From positions 124,001 to 188,000 of the IMG/VR virus record IMGVR_UViG_3300036846_000743: a DNA stretch of 64,000 nucleotides; one strand, written 5' to 3'. Under the pieces are notes generated by a model, which had not been told where the DNA came from, searched no databases, and saw only the letters and a program-made list of their open reading frames with translations. This document shows positions 52,871 to 62,163 of the stretch, piece by piece. The stretch's first letter is position 1, and each line of letters starts with the position of its first letter. Position numbers and translations under genes: made by a program.

Positions 52871-53172
52871 GGAAGATGCTCCTTGGCAGTTAAAGTACGT
52901 TCGATCATCTCGTCCTTGAGCCGATGCCTGGCCACTGTGAACCAGAGAATCTTGTACTCATGATTGGTCAGGAGATGGTCCATCTCCCCCGGAGTGGTGA
53001 CCCAGAGAGCACGCGTATGCGCCTCGTTCCGCGGTCCGGGATTCCGGATCACCGCAATCAAGGCGAACCGCTCGCTCTCGGGCCACTCCGGAGCACGATG
53101 AACCTTCCCGATCATCACGCTGCGAGCCCAGTCAGCCGGCTCAACTGATAACTGAAGCAGATGCACGGCCAT
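52867..53172 (-). CDS. Hypothetical protein
   Basis: 101 aa, overlaps both neighbours. Confidence 0.6.
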   Translation of the reverse strand: MAVHLLQLSVEPADWARSVMIGKVHRAPEWPESERFALIAVIRNPGPRNEAHTRALWVTTPGEMDHLLTNHEYKILWFTVARHRLKDEMIERTLTAKEHLP

Positions 53173-54421
53173 GATCGAAACTCCCTGTTGGCCGCCCCAT
53201 AGCCGGCACTACCCGGCTGGCCCAGATCCGCTTGGTGGAATACAGATCCACATGACCGCCAGGGAACTGCCAGGTCAATGCGTCAGGCCGCGGCGGGATG
53301 TTATAACGCACCACGCGCACACCAGTCGCATGCGACAGGGTCATGGGCAAGTGCGGATCATCGAGGGCCGCCTTGATGTCCGCGTCCGTGGCCATCTCGC
53401 TGTTGCGGCCCAGCTCCTGCCTCATCATTCCGACCAGCACCTCGATGATCGTGTCATTGGCTTCGAGAGCATCGAGAAGCTGTCGATCCAAGTTCGCGAT
53501 ATCGGGAGCCGCCATGAACTGCGGATAGCTCAGATCGGCTGGGAAGAAGCTGTTCGCTCTCAGCACCGTGAAGGCCGGGTTGCGAAATGGCCTCCCGAGT
53601 ACAGTTGCCATGTTGGCGTAGACTCGATGCGGTCGCTGAGCGCCAGGGTTCCACCGGCCATCGCCAAAATACCACAGTCCCTTCCATTGCCCTGATGAGC
53701 CGGCCTCATCAGGACGAGTACTGCCGTCAACGGGATGCACAGGGTAGTCGCCCTGGCGCGCAAAGTAGCGTTGCGGCAGCAAAATACAACCATTCTCCTC
53801 GAAGCTGTGAGCCCAGAAGAAGTCCTCCAGTTCCTGATCGGTGATGTCGTCGATTGCCTTACCAAGAGCAGACGATGCCTCACGCTTGATCACGGCTCCT
53901 CGCTCGAAGACGGGTCTTTGAAGAAACGCACAGTAGAATTCCGGCAGGGTAGGCTGATGGGGGATTGGTTCATCAGCCTCGACGACCCTGTTGGCCTCTC
54001 GGGCCAGCATGACCGCCAGGTGAGCCGCAGTCTTGTTCTGGTCGGGGTCAAGATGGTGGCGACACGCGCCCCATGTGCTGCGAGGCAGCGCGCAGTCAAA
54101 AACTGCTGGGCTGCACTCCTCGTTCTGCTTCGCGTCCACGTAGACTCGGCCACTATGGACATCAAAGGCGAACTTCAGCGTGAGTAGAATGACCGACCGC
54201 TGCGGGGTTTTGGCATCTGGCCGCATTGTACGCTGCCAGCGCATGACGAACATCGTCGGGCCGGATAAAGGAGTAAGTCCGTGCTCGGCGAACGAGTCGC
54301 TCCGGCGGCTCGGTGGCCGGAACCCGATCGCGATGAGCCCGGAAAGTGTGGTCCAGCGGACCTCGTCAACAGACGTAAGCTCAGGAAAAGCGCTAGACTT
54401 GAGACGTCTGGGATTGAACAA
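53141..54421 (-). CDS. Hypothetical protein
   Basis: 426 aa, TTG start after AGGAGGA; no motif recognised. Confidence 0.7.
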   Translation of the reverse strand: MFNPRRLKSSAFPELTSVDEVRWTTLSGLIAIGFRPPSRRSDSFAEHGLTPLSGPTMFVMRWQRTMRPDAKTPQRSVILLTLKFAFDVHSGRVYVDAKQNEECSPAVFDCALPRSTWGACRHHLDPDQNKTAAHLAVMLAREANRVVEADEPIPHQPTLPEFYCAFLQRPVFERGAVIKREASSALGKAIDDITDQELEDFFWAHSFEENGCILLPQRYFARQGDYPVHPVDGSTRPDEAGSSGQWKGLWYFGDGRWNPGAQRPHRVYANMATVLGRPFRNPAFTVLRANSFFPADLSYPQFMAAPDIANLDRQLLDALEANDTIIEVLVGMMRQELGRNSEMATDADIKAALDDPHLPMTLSHATGVRVVRYNIPPRPDALTWQFPGGHVDLYSTKRIWASRVVPAMGRPTGSFDHGRASASVIS

Positions 54422-54475
54422 GATAAGATCCTCCTGACTGACATCCCCTCATTAGTCTCGTACCGAAATGTAGGG

Positions 54476-54504
54476 TCAGTGCATGGCGGATCACCTCCTT
54501 CCTT
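54476..54504 (-). promoter_or_regulatory. Maximal Shine-Dalgarno (AAGGAGGTGATCC) followed by ATG-CAC-TGA minigene
   Basis: Plus strand 54488-54500 GGATCACCTCCTT equals the 16S rRNA 3' end; ATG at 54484. Confidence 0.5.
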
Positions 54505-54581
54505 GGCAAGGGCGCAGAATCTCCGGGCACACCGCCGGATAGCGCTGCTCATTAGTAGATGACAGGTTTTGCTACGAATCT

Positions 54582-55172
54582 TCAGTCGTCGTCTTCGACG
54601 CCTTCATCTTCATCTTCGTCGTCATTGCCTTCATCATCGAAGTCATCATCATCGTCAGCGTGATCGAGCACTTCCACGTCGGGCGCAAGTATCTCGACAA
54701 CGCTGGCTGCCGGCGCAGGGACCGGCTGGAGAATGGGTGGGACCGGGCCGATAAAGCCATCCACGTCAACTTCAGTCTCGTCATCACTCACGAACAAGGG
54801 ATAGCGGCCTTCCGGTGCTACCAGATAATGCCCGCCTCGGGATGGCAGCAAGAGATCGCCGCGAAAGGCAAACATCTGCCCGCCCTGCGAGCGACGTGCA
54901 CGCATCGTGGTCAATAGTTCATCGAATGTGTTCAGGGTCGTGACAGTCCCTTTGCCGTAGTCGTCGGGGACATGCACGAGGTGGCACTTGGCCGGCGGGG
55001 TCAAGAGCGACGCCCTGGCGCGTTGCAGCGCATCAGCTAGCAAGTCCAGAAGCATGATCGGGCGACTGGACAGGTAAAGTCGCAGCAGCTCGGTCATCTG
55101 ATCGAGATCATCGGCACTGGATTGATCACCGTCAAGCGACGGTTCCTGGATCTGCTCTTGAGCTACGCTCAC
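54582..55172 (-). CDS. Hypothetical protein with very acidic C-terminus
   Basis: Ends DDDDDFDDEGNDDEDEDEGVEDDD. Confidence 0.75.
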   Translation of the reverse strand: MSVAQEQIQEPSLDGDQSSADDLDQMTELLRLYLSSRPIMLLDLLADALQRARASLLTPPAKCHLVHVPDDYGKGTVTTLNTFDELLTTMRARRSQGGQMFAFRGDLLLPSRGGHYLVAPEGRYPLFVSDDETEVDVDGFIGPVPPILQPVPAPAASVVEILAPDVEVLDHADDDDDFDDEGNDDEDEDEGVEDDD

Positions 55173-55888
55173 GGGATCTTCTCCTCGGCTTCCTGGATCT
55201 TCTGTTTGATGTCGGCTGGATCGGCCGGCTTCACTTCTAGCGTCTCCATGAGCGGGGCCATGTCACCGGCCAGGATAGCCTCGCCGACTCGTTTTGTCTC
55301 CGGGCGAATCGGCAGATGAACGACCGCCGCCGTATCTTGCGGGTTAGCCGTTCGCGCTGCGAAGCCCACGTGATAGTGGGTCCCGTCGATCCCGAAGGCC
55401 GTGATGGTTATCGTGGGGGGCCTGGGTTCCGCGATGATCGCGTTGTAGACGGCCAGGTAGTCGACGATCTCCAGCTCCTGCGCAACCGGCTGCGCATAAC
55501 GGCCCCGTTTGCGATCGACCAGGCCGGTCTGCGCGATGAAGGTCCGCAGATCTTCCCAGTACTCCAGGGGCGTGGCAAGCAGCACATTCTCGACCTCATG
55601 CGGATCCGCTTTCCAGCCTGGCGGGCACATGCCGCTGAAGAATGGCCTTATGGACTGGAGTCGCATCACCGAGCAATCTGGGTCTCCGTGACGGCTGGTG
55701 AACTCAGCGACAATATCGCGATCAAGCCCGCCGTAAGTGTAGATGCATCCGACCGAGAAAAACATCCAGTCAGACGTCATCTCCTTCCAGCTGCCCGCAG
55801 CTCGCAACGTGTCGTCACAGTGAAGCGCGATCCGGTTGGTCCGATCGACTCCTGAGATACCTTCGGGCAAGAGCGGCTTCCATCCCAT
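55169..55888 (-). CDS. Hypothetical protein
   Basis: 239 aa, SD AGGAG, GTGA overlap. Confidence 0.75.
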   Translation of the reverse strand: MGWKPLLPEGISGVDRTNRIALHCDDTLRAAGSWKEMTSDWMFFSVGCIYTYGGLDRDIVAEFTSRHGDPDCSVMRLQSIRPFFSGMCPPGWKADPHEVENVLLATPLEYWEDLRTFIAQTGLVDRKRGRYAQPVAQELEIVDYLAVYNAIIAEPRPPTITITAFGIDGTHYHVGFAARTANPQDTAAVVHLPIRPETKRVGEAILAGDMAPLMETLEVKPADPADIKQKIQEAEEKIP

Positions 55889-55903
55889 GAGTGATCACTC
55901 CTG

Positions 55904-56137
55904 TTAGTTCCGCTTCCGGTAAGTCAATCCCAGGTTAGTGTGCAACGCACCGCATGAACAGCGTTTGCCGCCCCCGGCAAGCGACCAGACGAACGCCTTG
56001 GTCTCCGCCTGACAGAAGGGGCAGGTGATGTAACAATGAGAACGACCGAAGGCCGAATAGACGCCTGTGCGCTGATGCACGGCGCTCTCGGTCTTCGTGT
56101 TCTGAATGTCCTTGTAAGTCGTTTTTGGCATGTACAC
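55904..56137 (-). CDS. Small zinc-ribbon protein
   Basis: CPFC...CSCG. Confidence 0.7.
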   Translation of the reverse strand: MYMPKTTYKDIQNTKTESAVHQRTGVYSAFGRSHCYITCPFCQAETKAFVWSLAGGGKRCSCGALHTNLGLTYRKRN

Positions 56138-56154
56138 CCCGCATGCTGGCGGCC

Positions 56155-56178
56155 GCCGGCCGGCAATTGCCGGCCGGC
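56155..56178. repeat. Perfect 24-bp palindrome
   Basis: GCCGGCCGGCAATTGCCGGCCGGC, intergenic. Confidence 0.9.
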
Positions 56179-56188
56179 ATGCTCACCA

Positions 56189-56704
56189 TCAGGACAAGCG
56201 ATCGAGCATGGCCCGGATGTCTTCCTCTTTCAGCTCCGTAGTGCGGATCTCGACGTCGGTGTGCTTGACGTAACAGGTCCAGTGAAAGTCCACCATGCCT
56301 GGCCGCTCGTGCGACACGGCACCGACCACGAGCAGCTGCTCGCATTCCACCCTGGTATTTCCGTGCTCGGGTAGTTCCGGGGTAGCATCCGAGAAGCCAT
56401 CGGTAGGATATTCCTCATCCTCGAAAATGGCCTTGAGCCGCGCACGTTGCTCGGATGGAACATCGAAGTCCTTGTCATCTTCCTTGCCGGACTCGAAGTA
56501 TTCCACGACATAGTCGTGATAGGTCATCTCGTAGAGTGCATCGTCCAGCTTGTGAGCTGCCCGCCAGTAACCAGCTCGATGTAGGAGCTGATCGATCATG
56601 GGCTTGCCCAGGGTCAGGGTAGCGAAGAACGGCCCGAAGGCATCTCCGCCACCGTGAACCGACAGCATCAGCCTGATCATCTTGGAGCTACGAGTCTTCG
56701 GCAT
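56189..56704 (-). CDS. Hypothetical protein
   Basis: 171 aa, SD GGAGG. Confidence 0.75.
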   Translation of the reverse strand: MPKTRSSKMIRLMLSVHGGGDAFGPFFATLTLGKPMIDQLLHRAGYWRAAHKLDDALYEMTYHDYVVEYFESGKEDDKDFDVPSEQRARLKAIFEDEEYPTDGFSDATPELPEHGNTRVECEQLLVVGAVSHERPGMVDFHWTCYVKHTDVEIRTTELKEEDIRAMLDRLS

Positions 56705-56757
56705 CTTCTTCCTCCACGAGGAATATCAGGTCGACCTTGCTCGGGTTGGTTCCGACT

Positions 56758-57123
56758 TCACTCTGCGGCGGGCGTCGGCTCCTGGAGGACCGGCTTGTAG
56801 ACGATGGCCTTCCGGCCGCTCTTGTTGCGCCGGGTGACGCCGGTATCGTACAACTTGTTCATCAGAACCAGCTCCCGGATCCGGGCCGATACCGTCTGAT
56901 GCTTCGCGGCCAGGATATCCTCGATCTCCTCGCAGGTTGCCCCGTCGGGCTGCTCCGCGATCGCATCGAGGACGATCTGGCCGAGCTGGCTCGCGACGGT
57001 CCGCATCGAGATCGCAGCCGCCCATGACGTTGGCTTTCCGACGTGCGGTGGCGTCCCATCGTAGAGGTTGTATTCACCATCTGTGGTTACCATCGGCCGT
57101 ACCTCACGAAAGACGAACTTCAT
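56758..57123 (-). CDS. Winged-helix DNA-binding protein
   Basis: GATCEEIEDIL..KHQTVSARIRELV....YDTGVTRRNKSGRKAIV. Confidence 0.8.
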   Translation of the reverse strand: MKFVFREVRPMVTTDGEYNLYDGTPPHVGKPTSWAAAISMRTVASQLGQIVLDAIAEQPDGATCEEIEDILAAKHQTVSARIRELVLMNKLYDTGVTRRNKSGRKAIVYKPVLQEPTPAAE

Positions 57124-57428
57124 CCACCATCGGCCTCATCATCCTCCTCCTCCTCGTCATCGTCATCATCCACAGGAAAGATCAGGTCGGGGCGAGCCTT
57201 CGGATCAGGCTCGCCAAGCAACTCGTGCGTGCCCTCCTGGGGGTCGTAGTCATCTTGGTCGCACCAGTCATGACTGGTGCCGTCGACTTCCTCGTAGATA
57301 TCGGTGAGCCTTCCCTTGATCACCTCGTCGGTCCAGCCTTCAGGGACCGCCACGGTGAGCGTGACGGTCCGCGGGTGAAGCTGCTGAAACTGGATCTGGA
57401 CCAGCCGTGTCGGTCTAGCCATCTGCAA
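57120..57428 (-). CDS. Hypothetical protein (tandem paralog of 57415..57735)
   Basis: RLVQIQFQ..VAVPEGWTDEVIKGRLTDIY. Confidence 0.7.
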   Translation of the reverse strand: MQMARPTRLVQIQFQQLHPRTVTLTVAVPEGWTDEVIKGRLTDIYEEVDGTSHDWCDQDDYDPQEGTHELLGEPDPKARPDLIFPVDDDDDEEEEDDEADGG

Positions 57429-57735
57429 TCTCCTCGTGATCGAAGGTCACGTCGGCCTGGGGCTTGGCCTCGCCCAGTAACTGATGGTCGCCTTCTCCGT
57501 CAGTCATGGCCTCTTCGTCCTCCCAGAGCCCTGCAAACTCCGCGTACGGCGCAGCTTGCTGGTAGATGGTAGACAGTCGGGCCTTGACCTGATCGTCGGT
57601 CCATGTGGCGGGAACCGCCACATTGAGTCTGGCGAATTGCGGGACCCACCGCTGGAGGCGAATCGCGACCAGTCGCCGCTCGATCTTGGGCTTCTTGCCC
57701 TTCTTCTTGTCTTTCTTCTTGCTGTTCTTCCCCAA
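57415..57735 (-). CDS. Hypothetical protein with Lys-rich N-terminus (tandem paralog)
   Basis: RLVAIRLQ..VAVPATWTDDQVKARLSTIY. Confidence 0.7.
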   Translation of the reverse strand: MGKNSKKKDKKKGKKPKIERRLVAIRLQRWVPQFARLNVAVPATWTDDQVKARLSTIYQQAAPYAEFAGLWEDEEAMTDGEGDHQLLGEAKPQADVTFDHEEIADG

Positions 57736-57753
57736 TGCACATTCTCCTTGTCG

Positions 57754-58173
57754 TTAGTCGAGCATGTGCACCCCGCACCTTTCACCATCGAGCAGCCGCT
57801 CCGAGAGCTGCACGAACCCTTTGCTCCGGGGTGATCCGCTCTGATCTGCGGAATTGAAGAGAAAGATCGGGTGCTTTTCGCAGATATCCAGGAACCGAGT
57901 GATGAAGTGGATCGCCACACGTTCACTGACGTGCTGGATATCACGACGACCAGGGTGCCGGTATGTATGCACCTCCCAGTAGTAAGTCGTGGCCTGACCA
58001 CCACGTACCCGGAACTTGAAAGACAGCTCGCGCTGATAGCCATACTGGTCGAGTATCTGAACTTCGAGCTTGGGCACGGCCCCGTCTTTCCCGGGTACGT
58101 GCTCGACGTTGTAGATCACGGTCGCCTGCTCGAACTCGTAGAACTTGCGCTCGGTAGGTAAGTCGTCTCTCAC
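57754..58173 (-). CDS. Hypothetical protein
   Basis: 139 aa. Confidence 0.65.
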   Translation of the reverse strand: MRDDLPTERKFYEFEQATVIYNVEHVPGKDGAVPKLEVQILDQYGYQRELSFKFRVRGGQATTYYWEVHTYRHPGRRDIQHVSERVAIHFITRFLDICEKHPIFLFNSADQSGSPRSKGFVQLSERLLDGERCGVHMLD

Positions 58174-59102
58174 TCATCCTCCTCCTCTTCATCTTCGTCT
58201 TCGTAGTTATCCAGAGTGTCGCTAATGGTCTCCCAGTTCTTGGCAGCCTTGCCCAGGCGCGCCTTGGCGTCCTCCTCGCGCGTCATGGCCTCGGCCCAGG
58301 TGGCATCGTCGCGGTGGTTGCCGATGGCATCCTGGATCAACGTCACAAGTACGGCCGGGTCCAGAGCGTCAAGCTCCCACGACTCATCGCCGTGGAGCGC
58401 CTGATAGCCCACGAACCGGGCATCAGTCACCTTGGCCGGGTTAGGCGGCGGATGGTACTGCTGGACCTGGTCCATGTTTAGGGCTAGCCGCTTGAACTCG
58501 ACGTTCACTCCGAAGATCTTGAGCCGATCCACGATGTCCCGGGACATGTCAATCCCGGACGGATCGTGATCGCCCAGATGCAGGATCAGGATCTTCTGCC
58601 CGTCGCGCTTCCACTTCTTGAGCCTCATCGCAGCCGACCAGACTTCACTGATCGATGTATAGCCGCGGCAGCTGAAGTAAGGGACATCGAGCGGCTCGCA
58701 AGCCGACTCCAAGATGCCCACCAGCGCATCCTTCTCGATCCAGACTTCGATGCGGTAGTCCTGATCTTCCCACTTATCGTAGGCGAACGAGGAAGCTGCC
58801 GACTTGATGATGTCGGCCGGGGAATCCCAGTGAGAGTTGCTTCGTAGATTGCGCGTGCGATCCGTGATCGCTTCCCAGTCGATCAATCCCAACAAGCGAC
58901 CATCAGCGATGGTATCACCGAGCTTCTTGTATTCGGTGTCCTTATTGGGGATCAATCCACGCGCGACAAACTGATAATAAAGTTGGCGAAGAGTCAAGTC
59001 GAATCCTTGCGCCTGATACTCGTCAATGATCTCATTCGCCTTACTGATGACGTTGAGACGATCTTGAGATAGTCTCTTCGTGATATACCGTATCTTCGGC
59101 AA
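58170..59102 (-). CDS. Topo VI-A/Spo11/JetD-like CAP + Toprim protein
   Basis: TLRQLYYQ (CAP domain Tyr), EVWIEKDAL, LHLGDHDPSG (Toprim E and DxD). Confidence 0.85.
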   Translation of the reverse strand: MPKIRYITKRLSQDRLNVISKANEIIDEYQAQGFDLTLRQLYYQFVARGLIPNKDTEYKKLGDTIADGRLLGLIDWEAITDRTRNLRSNSHWDSPADIIKSAASSFAYDKWEDQDYRIEVWIEKDALVGILESACEPLDVPYFSCRGYTSISEVWSAAMRLKKWKRDGQKILILHLGDHDPSGIDMSRDIVDRLKIFGVNVEFKRLALNMDQVQQYHPPPNPAKVTDARFVGYQALHGDESWELDALDPAVLVTLIQDAIGNHRDDATWAEAMTREEDAKARLGKAAKNWETISDTLDNYEDEDEEEEDE

Positions 59103-59297
59103 AGCTGTGGTCCTTCCAGGCTATGGCCACGGCTGTCTCGTCCGCGTACTTGGGTTTCCAAGCCGGACGTGTATGGACCCTCGAGTTTCTGTAGCGGCGC
59201 TTGGCCGCGACCGGAAGCCCCATACATCGTTTCTCCGACAAGACCCTTCTTTCGGCGACCGTCCAGCCAAACGGCCAGACAGTGTAAACGAGTTGCT

Positions 59298-59585
59298 TCA
59301 GATCTTCGTGGACTTCTTCGACACGCCTACCTCCTTTCTGCTTTCACCGGCAAGCAGCCGCAGAACATGGGTCTGGCTAATGTGGTATTTCCTCGCCAAT
59401 GCCGCCTGCTTCCCGCGAACCGGATCGGCAGCATACTCAGCGCGCAACGCAGCAACCTGCGCATCGTCGAGTTTCACCATCGGATGCTTTTCTCCGCGCA
59501 GGCCGGGCCCGCCACCACGAACAAACGGGCTAGCCTCATCAGCGATATCGCTGATCGTCTGCCGTTTCGCCTTTGCTCTCGACAT
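59298..59585 (-). CDS. HTH protein (HNH-associated HTH type, without nuclease domain)
   Basis: GEKHPMVKLDDAQV..LR..Y....QAALARKYHISQTHV. Confidence 0.7.
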   Translation of the reverse strand: MSRAKAKRQTISDIADEASPFVRGGGPGLRGEKHPMVKLDDAQVAALRAEYAADPVRGKQAALARKYHISQTHVLRLLAGESRKEVGVSKKSTKI

Positions 59586-59588
59586 CGC

Positions 59589-59819
59589 TCAGATCTCCAG
59601 GATGTCTTCCCTGACGAACTTCGCCAGGAACGCGGCTGCATTGATAATTCTCTCCTGCCTGTCCTGCGAAGTTCTGCTGAACCAGCGGGAAGCAGCAGCA
59701 GTAGTCTTGCCCGAAAGGGCACTGTCAATCTGCTCGACAGCTTCGACCAGCATTGTGTACTCCGTATGCGTGATGTTGAACATCACATCCGCACTCTCTC
59801 CGATAGCGGGTGCTTCCAT
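59589..59819 (-). CDS. Small hypothetical protein (tandem paralog of 59822..60031)
   Basis: EY..L.EA...RW.S...IINAAAFLAKF; start after AAGGAG. Confidence 0.65.
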   Translation of the reverse strand: MEAPAIGESADVMFNITHTEYTMLVEAVEQIDSALSGKTTAAASRWFSRTSQDRQERIINAAAFLAKFVREDILEI

Positions 59820-59821
59820 AG

Positions 59822-60031
59822 TTACTCCTTGGGCCCGGTGATATTCTCCTTGGCGAATCTCGCCAGGAACGCAGCTGCTTTGATGATCTTCACCTGATCG
59901 ACATACCTGCTGTCGCTGAGCCAACGCATGATTGTCTGGGCGTCGTTGTTCCGGACAGTACTGTAAACTAGGTCAGTAGCTTCGATCAGCTTCTCATACT
60001 CATCTCGTGTGAGTTCGAGCTGTATCTTCAT
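59822..60031 (-). CDS. Small hypothetical protein (tandem paralog)
   Basis: EYEKLIEA...RWLS...IIKAAAFLARF. Confidence 0.65.
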   Translation of the reverse strand: MKIQLELTRDEYEKLIEATDLVYSTVRNNDAQTIMRWLSDSRYVDQVKIIKAAAFLARFAKENITGPKE

Positions 60032-60399
60032 CAGTTGTCCAGGGTCGGGGGCCTGTATGGTTGTTCCTCGGGCTCTCGTTCGAGTGCTTCATTCACCTCC
60101 TTTAATGCCGCTTCCTTCACCTTCCTGCCGTTTGCGAATTGTTCGACCCATTTCTGGTACGCCTGGACGGAGCCGTGGCAGGCAGCCGGGACTTCGTTGT
60201 GGAAGTAGGCACAGAAGGCCGGCAGGTTTTCCAGGTTCTCGTCGTCGGCACGTCCGATGACGATGAACACGTCACGATGACAGATCAATGCTTCGAGGAA
60301 ACCACCTTCCTCGACTGGCCAGCCTTCGTCGACGTAATTCCTGATCGTGACCATCATGCGGTCCGGGACGTAGTACTTACGGAACCTGTACTCTGCCAT
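60031..60399 (-). CDS. Conserved phage hypothetical protein
   Basis: GFLEALI..D...IGRADDENL.NL..F..Y..NEVP..C.GS. Confidence 0.75.
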   Translation of the reverse strand: MAEYRFRKYYVPDRMMVTIRNYVDEGWPVEEGGFLEALICHRDVFIVIGRADDENLENLPAFCAYFHNEVPAACHGSVQAYQKWVEQFANGRKVKEAALKEVNEALEREPEEQPYRPPTLDN

Positions 60400-60662
60400 C
60401 AAGGTCGCCTCTTGTTGATGTTGATACCGATCGGGACGAAGTCCAGGACATAGAGATGAAAGATGTCCTGTTCGTCGACCAAGTCCTCGACCGGCGGGAA
60501 GAACTGGATGGCCCACTTGCCGGGATAGCGATCCCGGAAGACTTCCCATGCTTCGCGCCAGGAAAGCGAACCGTAATTCTCACGGCGGATGCGAATGTAG
60601 AGCACTTCGCCGAGATCCGTCGTGACTGGGCCCATCTCCTGGACGAACGCGAAGTTGACCAT
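60399..60662 (-). CDS. Conserved phage hypothetical protein
   Basis: IRIRR..LSWRE.W....YPGKWAIQFFPP..DLVDEQDIFHLYV. Confidence 0.75.
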   Translation of the reverse strand: MVNFAFVQEMGPVTTDLGEVLYIRIRRENYGSLSWREAWEVFRDRYPGKWAIQFFPPVEDLVDEQDIFHLYVLDFVPIGININKRRP

Positions 60663-60671
60663 GAAAGCTCC

Positions 60672-60953
60672 TCATACTTCATAAGGAACCACATAAGCGA
60701 TGTAGCGACCCTCGAAACCAGGAACCTCAAGAGTCTGATACGCTTTGGTGCAGTAAAGCTCTTGAAGGGCGTCGTAGGCTTCCTGATGTTCCTCGTTCTC
60801 GGGCTTCTGCCAGTCTTCTTCGGTCTCGTGCACCCGGAACATCTCCAGGTGATGACTGACGCCGAGGATCTCGATCGTGCCCAGAAGCCGGCTACCGTCC
60901 TTCTCCTCGGAAACGTCCCTGGGCTCCTGGATAACCTTGAGTCTGATCCTCAT
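60672..60953 (-). CDS. Hypothetical protein
   Basis: 93 aa, ATGA overlap. Confidence 0.7.
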   Translation of the reverse strand: MRIRLKVIQEPRDVSEEKDGSRLLGTIEILGVSHHLEMFRVHETEEDWQKPENEEHQEAYDALQELYCTKAYQTLEVPGFEGRYIAYVVPYEV

Positions 60954-61711
60954 GACAGCTCCTCACTGAGCATCTCCTCGATATGGTTCTTGGCCTCGGT
61001 AAACTGATCATCGGCGTAAGCAAAAGACTGAGCAGCACGCTGAAGTCGTTCGGTCGCTGAATTGCGCCGTTCCTCGAATTCGCGCAGATAAGCGGCAGCA
61101 GCTTCTTCTCGCGAACCAGCACCTCCTTCTTCGATAAAGGTCCTGGTTCGCTTCTCGATCTCGCGGCCACTGCCGAGCTTGTAGGTTATCTTGCCGCCGC
61201 CCTGCTTGACGATCTTGCCTTCGGCGAACTTGTATTTACCGTCTTCGTCGCGAAAGACCCGGTAGACGCAGTCGGATTCGATCCGGGGATGCATGACTTT
61301 CTTAGCTGGGTCCCGCGGCGGCGGCCCATCGACTTCGCCCGGCTCGTCGAGCAGGAGCGTATGCTTCAAACTAACTAATTCAAGCGGGAATTCGGTCTGT
61401 AAGTGACTGTAGATCTCAAGAGCGATCTCTTCCCACTTCGCCCTGGTCATGCGCCCTTCTGCGAGGGCTTTCTGCCTGCACCCACTGCCATCGTCAGTCG
61501 GGTAAATGGCGATCTCCGTCGCCCCGTAGTAGCGACCAGCACCGATGCCTCCCCAGTGCTTGGAGCCGCCGACGTGGATGAGCTGAACCTTGATTCGCCC
61601 CTTCTTGGGATGCGTGATCGTGTTCTGGACCAGAACCGAGCGACGGCCACAACCATAGTCGCAGCCATTCTCATGCTGTGGCCGGACGATCTGCTCGTCT
61701 GCATACCTCAT
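60950..61711 (-). CDS. Hypothetical protein
   Basis: 253 aa, C-terminal coiled coil. Confidence 0.7.
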   Translation of the reverse strand: MRYADEQIVRPQHENGCDYGCGRRSVLVQNTITHPKKGRIKVQLIHVGGSKHWGGIGAGRYYGATEIAIYPTDDGSGCRQKALAEGRMTRAKWEEIALEIYSHLQTEFPLELVSLKHTLLLDEPGEVDGPPPRDPAKKVMHPRIESDCVYRVFRDEDGKYKFAEGKIVKQGGGKITYKLGSGREIEKRTRTFIEEGGAGSREEAAAAYLREFEERRNSATERLQRAAQSFAYADDQFTEAKNHIEEMLSEELS

Positions 61712-62163
61712 GGACTTTCCTTCCGCCGAGGTCCCTCCAACTGTAAGTGTTGCTCATTGAGAATTTGGAAGACAGTCCGGTCGCCGTCCAGGAGGAGATA
61801 CGGCAGCATGACTTCGTCAACAGTTACCAGCCCTGCTTCCACAAGTGCCATCTGCACTTCGACCCAATTGAGCAAGATCCGCCAGGCCACACGAGTAGCA
61901 TGCTCCCGCGTGGCCTGGCTGTTCGTGACCTTGCGACGTTTACGATGTTGCTGGAGTGTACGCTCCACGCCGTCGATATTTGCGGGCAGTCGGAATGGCC
62001 GGTCGCCATGCCGGGTCGCGATCGTGAACGAGAGCCCGCTGGGCTGACGATCTTGACCGTACTCGACCAGGATCCTCGATGCACCGTGCGCGCTCAGGAC
62101 CTTACTGATCTGACCGACAGTGCGATCAGCACTGATCGAAGTGGTGTAGTTCAGGAGCGGCAT
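61708..62163 (-). CDS. Conserved phage hypothetical protein
   Basis: MPLLNYTTSI..RT.G.I...L..HGA...F.LPA...A.RVAWRI..WV..Q.A...EV.LPY. Confidence 0.85.
   Translation of the reverse strand: MPLLNYTTSISADRTVGQISKVLSAHGASRILVEYGQDRQPSGLSFTIATRHGDRPFRLPANIDGVERTLQQHRKRRKVTNSQATREHATRVAWRILLNWVEVQMALVEAGLVTVDEVMLPYLLLDGDRTVFQILNEQHLQLEGPRRKESP

Noticed and set aside
54488-54500. Possible 16S rRNA gene fragment
   Set aside because: The match is limited to the 13-nt anti-SD; flanks do not continue as rRNA (no TGCGGCT helix-45 context).
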